Source of the DNA: Candidatus Eremiobacteria bacterium
GTDB lineage: Bacteria; Vulcanimicrobiota; Vulcanimicrobiia; Vulcanimicrobiales; Vulcanimicrobiaceae
DNA length: 64,000 nucleotides
Direction of reading: 5' to 3'
NCBI GenBank assembly: GCA_963737065.1
Contig: CAVTRC010000002.1
Location: 160,001 to 224,000, forward strand
Shown: one piece after another, positions 61,175-64,000 of the stretch
Position numbering within the stretch: the stretch's first letter is position 1
Layout: every line of letters begins with the position of its first letter
The notes under the pieces: model-generated
What the model saw: the letters and a program-made list of their open reading frames with translations, nothing else
The model's database searches: none
What the model was told of the DNA's origin: nothing
Made by a program: the position numbers and the translations under genes

Positions 61175-63064
61175 ATGGCTTTCGATGCATTGAACATCGG
61201 GGTTAGCGGCCTGGACGCGTATCAGAGTTGGATCGACATGATTTCGAACAACATCGCGAATACGTCCACGACCGGGTTCAAAGGTCAACGCATGACCTTC
61301 GCGGACCAGTTTTATCAACAATTGCAAGGCGCAACCGGCCCATCGCAATCGCAAGGCGGAACGAATCCGCAAGATTTCGGTCTAGGCGTGAAGGTCAATA
61401 CCGTCGATACGCAGTTCGGTCAGGGCGGGCAACAAACCACCGGAATCAACACCGACATGATGATCAGCGGCGACGGATTCTTCGTGCTGCGCAGTCCGAA
61501 CGGTTCGAACACGCCGGTCTACACGCGTGACGGCGCGTTTTCGCTCAACCAGAACGGTTTGCTCTACGATCCGGGTTCGGGACTTGCCGTGCAGGGCTAC
61601 ACGGCGAACTCGAGCGGTCAGATCACCCAGACCGGCACGCCGTCGGACATCAACATTCCGATCGGTTTGACGGAACAGGCGACGGCAACGGGCGCCGGCG
61701 TGAAAGTCGGTCCGAACACCAGCGATCAGGTCTTCGATATGCAGATGGGCGGTAATCTCGACCAAACGCAATGGCAGCAACAGTTCGAGAACCACATCGG
61801 CGCATCGCCGACACCGGGCACCACAAAGACGATCTCAACGACGATCTACGACTCGCTCGGAAATGCGCACCAAGCAACGATCACGTATACTCCTGACACC
61901 GGCGGTGCGACGCCCGCGTCCTCGGCGTTGACCGCGAATGGCGCGCTCGCGGGCGGCGGGACACTCCTCACGGCCGCACCGACCTTTCCTCTGGACGGCA
62001 CGTTCAAAGGACCGAGTCCGACGACGGTTACCGTGGCCGTGCAGAACGGCGCGAGCGGACCGTATGCGCAGATTTCCGACGGTAACGGAAATACGATGAC
62101 CGGTTCCGCGAATCAAACGGTTACGTTCGACGGCGCGACCTTCACGCTCGGCAATTTCACTGCAGCTGATGCGGCGTCCGGAGCTTCGTCAACGTTTAGT
62201 CTCACTGCGGCGACGAACGGATTGCCGGCATCGGTCGACAATGCTGCGGGAGTCGCTGAAGCACCCGCGACGCGTTGGTCGGTAAGCGTTAGTTTCGCCG
62301 ATGGAACGCAATTCTCGGCGATCACGCAGGGCGCGAGCGAGAATGGCGCGGGCGTCGTCACACCGGCCACGACCGCAACGGCGAGTTCCGGTACGATCGG
62401 ATACGCGTATTTCGATCAGAACGGTCAGTTCATCAACACGTCGTCGATCGAAACGGTGCCGGCCGGTGGCGTGATCGGGCCGAATCAAGCGGCGTACCTG
62501 CACACGACCGGCAATCAGCCTTCGGTTACCGACGGCAACCAACTCAACATCGCCGTTTGGGGAACGGGCGCCGGAAATAATTCGACCGCCGGCGGTGTGC
62601 CCGCGACGCCCGGACCGATCGGTCTTGACTTCTCGGAGAACGCAAGCCTCGCCGGCGACTATTCAGCGAACGTCGTTTCACAGAACGGATACGCCGCCGG
62701 AACGCTCTCGAACATTTCCGTCGGACAGGACGGAGCGATCACCGGGTCGTTCACCAATGGCCAAACCAAAACGCTCGCGCAGCTCGCGATCGCAACGTTC
62801 CAAAACGAAGACGGACTGCAGCGGCTGGGCAGCAACCAGTTTGGGGCTACCGCGGCGTCGGGTCTCGCTCAACTCGGTACTGCCGCAAGCGGACGTTTCG
62901 GCAGCATCGTCGACGGAGCGTTGGAAGAATCGAACGTCGATCTTGCCGATCAATTTACGAAGCTCATCGTGGCGCAACGTGCATTCGAAGCGAATTCCCG
63001 CGGCATCACGACGGCCGACCAGAACTTGATCGACCTCATCAACATGCGCGCTTCGGAGAACTAA
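61175..63064 (+). CDS. flgE: Flagellar hook protein
   Basis: ISNNIANTSTTGFK, ISGDGFF, YTRDGAF, IYDSLG and LEESNVDLA..IVAQRAFEAN motifs. Confidence 0.96.
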   Translation: MAFDALNIGVSGLDAYQSWIDMISNNIANTSTTGFKGQRMTFADQFYQQLQGATGPSQSQGGTNPQDFGLGVKVNTVDTQFGQGGQQTTGINTDMMISGDGFFVLRSPNGSNTPVYTRDGAFSLNQNGLLYDPGSGLAVQGYTANSSGQITQTGTPSDINIPIGLTEQATATGAGVKVGPNTSDQVFDMQMGGNLDQTQWQQQFENHIGASPTPGTTKTISTTIYDSLGNAHQATITYTPDTGGATPASSALTANGALAGGGTLLTAAPTFPLDGTFKGPSPTTVTVAVQNGASGPYAQISDGNGNTMTGSANQTVTFDGATFTLGNFTAADAASGASSTFSLTAATNGLPASVDNAAGVAEAPATRWSVSVSFADGTQFSAITQGASENGAGVVTPATTATASSGTIGYAYFDQNGQFINTSSIETVPAGGVIGPNQAAYLHTTGNQPSVTDGNQLNIAVWGTGAGNNSTAGGVPATPGPIGLDFSENASLAGDYSANVVSQNGYAAGTLSNISVGQDGAITGSFTNGQTKTLAQLAIATFQNEDGLQRLGSNQFGATAASGLAQLGTAASGRFGSIVDGALEESNVDLADQFTKLIVAQRAFEANSRGITTADQNLIDLINMRASEN

Positions 63065-63066
63065 CA

Positions 63067-63335
63067 GACTTTATCTGCCAAAGCTAAAGCTTTGTCGGCT
63101 AAAGTCGCGTGATATGTGTAGCAGCAACGCCAAAGCTAAAGCTTTGTCGGCTAAAGTCGCGTGATATGTGTAGCAGCAACGCCAAAGCTAAAGCTTTGTC
63201 GGCTAAAGTCGCGTGATATGTGTAGCAGCAAGGCCAAAGCTAAAGCTTTGTCGGCTAAAGTCGCGTGATATGTGTAGCAGCAAGGCCAAAGCTAAAGCTT
63301 TGTCGACTAAAGTCAGCTGATATGTATTGCCAAGG
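63067..63335. repeat. Tandem array of five 52 bp palindrome-containing units
   Basis: GCCAAAGCTAAAGCTTTGTCGGCTAAAGTCGCGTGATATGTGTAGCAGCAA(C/G) starting at 63077, 63129, 63181, 63233 and 63285 (last degenerate). Confidence 0.97.
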
Positions 63336-63349
63336 ATGGCGAGTACTCG

Positions 63350-63375
63350 GGGCGGCAGAGCAGCATCTGCCGCCC
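63350..63375 (+). other. 10 bp GC-rich hairpin just before the flbD RBS
   Basis: GGGCGGCAGA-GCAGCA-TCTGCCGCCC with only a weak U-tract. Confidence 0.5.
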
Positions 63376-63394
63376 TTACCTTTGGAGGTTCCCC

Positions 63395-63595
63395 GTGATA
63401 GCACTGACCCGCCTAAACGGCCAGCCGGTCATGGTCAATTCGGACCTGATCGAGCAGATCGAAGAAACCCCTGACACCGTCGTCACGCTGACGTCCGGAA
63501 ACCGTCTCGTCGTACGCGACCGCATGACGGACGTGCAAGCGAAGATCGTTGAGTTCAAGCGGCGGATCCACGCGCCCGAACGGGGAGAGACCTAG
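63395..63595 (+). CDS. flbD: Flagellar FlbD/SwrD-family protein
   Basis: MIALTRLNG..VNSDLIEQIEETPDTVVTLTSG with GGAGG RBS. Confidence 0.93.
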   Translation: MIALTRLNGQPVMVNSDLIEQIEETPDTVVTLTSGNRLVVRDRMTDVQAKIVEFKRRIHAPERGET

Positions 63596-63615
63596 CGAGC
63601 ACATCGTACTGAGCT

Positions 63616-63642
63616 TGAGTAACCTGCTGCCTCGGCCGATAC
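63616..63642 (+). promoter_or_regulatory. Possible sigma-28 promoter for motA
   Basis: TGAG-N15-GCCGATAC (good -10, weak -35). Confidence 0.35.
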
Positions 63643-63675
63643 CCGATAAGACGCGGCTGTAAGCGGAGAGCGATC

Positions 63676-64000
63676 TTGGATTTTGCGACAGTCATCGGCC
63701 TGGTTATCGGGTTCGGTGCGATTCTTTTGGCGGGCTGGGTAGGCGGGATCGACCCTCGAGTTTTTGTCGCGCGATGGGACGCCTTCGTTTTGATTCTCGG
63801 CGGTTCGATCGGTGCGACGTTGACGTCGTTCCCCATGCGAACGTTTTTCAAGGGATTCGGCGGGGGCTTGCGCACCGCGTTCTCGGAAGCCGACTATCAC
63901 GAACGCGACATCATCTCAACGCTCGTCTCGTTTGCTGAAAAGGCGCGTCGCGAAGGTCTGCTCGCGTTGGAAAACGAGGCCGCTGCGCTCGACGATGACT
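63676..64000 (+). CDS. motA: Flagellar stator protein MotA, truncated by the window edge
   Basis: TTG start, DFATVIG..LILGGSIGATL..AEKARREGLLALE (absent from the ORF track). Confidence 0.93.
   Translation, partial: MDFATVIGLVIGFGAILLAGWVGGIDPRVFVARWDAFVLILGGSIGATLTSFPMRTFFKGFGGGLRTAFSEADYHERDIISTLVSFAEKARREGLLALENEAAALDDD

Noticed and set aside
63067..63335. CRISPR array
   Set aside because: Units are contiguous and near-identical with no unique spacers, and no cas genes are present
1..64000. tRNA, rRNA or tmRNA genes
   Set aside because: None recognised by eye. A tRNAscan/Infernal run would be needed to exclude them

Overview
This is a high-GC bacterial chromosome segment. Its Gram-positive-style flagellar gene set and general gene content suggest a Terrabacteria lineage such as Eremiobacterota (inference only). 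The left core region (1-14.5 kb) holds an M48 protease, hppA and ppa, cheR-cheB-fliA, a FliK-like/EscU-like pair, ftsY-recA-recX, a formate/nitrite channel and an OmpR-type regulator. The middle (~14.47-40.71 kb) is a ~26 kb accessory island. It is flanked by two ~228 bp, ~90% identical copies of the regulator's 3' end and splits the regulator from its histidine kinase. It has no recognisable integrase. It carries redox and stress cargo (TPP enzyme, enolase-family protein, FAD/Fe-S oxidoreductase, mycobacterial Sdh1-type succinate dehydrogenase, ETF-QO, hemerythrin, Rieske protein, TrpRS, NRAMP, AlkA), much of it frameshifted or deleted. The right core region (41-64 kb) holds a kinase with a degenerate GGDEF-like input domain, glycoside hydrolases, a nuclease-fold/atypical HPRT pair, purA, and a fliF..motA flagellar cluster interrupted by trpE-trpG and a Trp-attenuated DAHP synthase. 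Non-coding highlights are a second synonymously recoded gene-end duplication (fliG), a two-copy GC-GNA-GC mini-hairpin element, a 41 bp inverted-repeat element, a 52 bp tandem array, a structured flgE leader, a WWW leader peptide and a LexA-type box.
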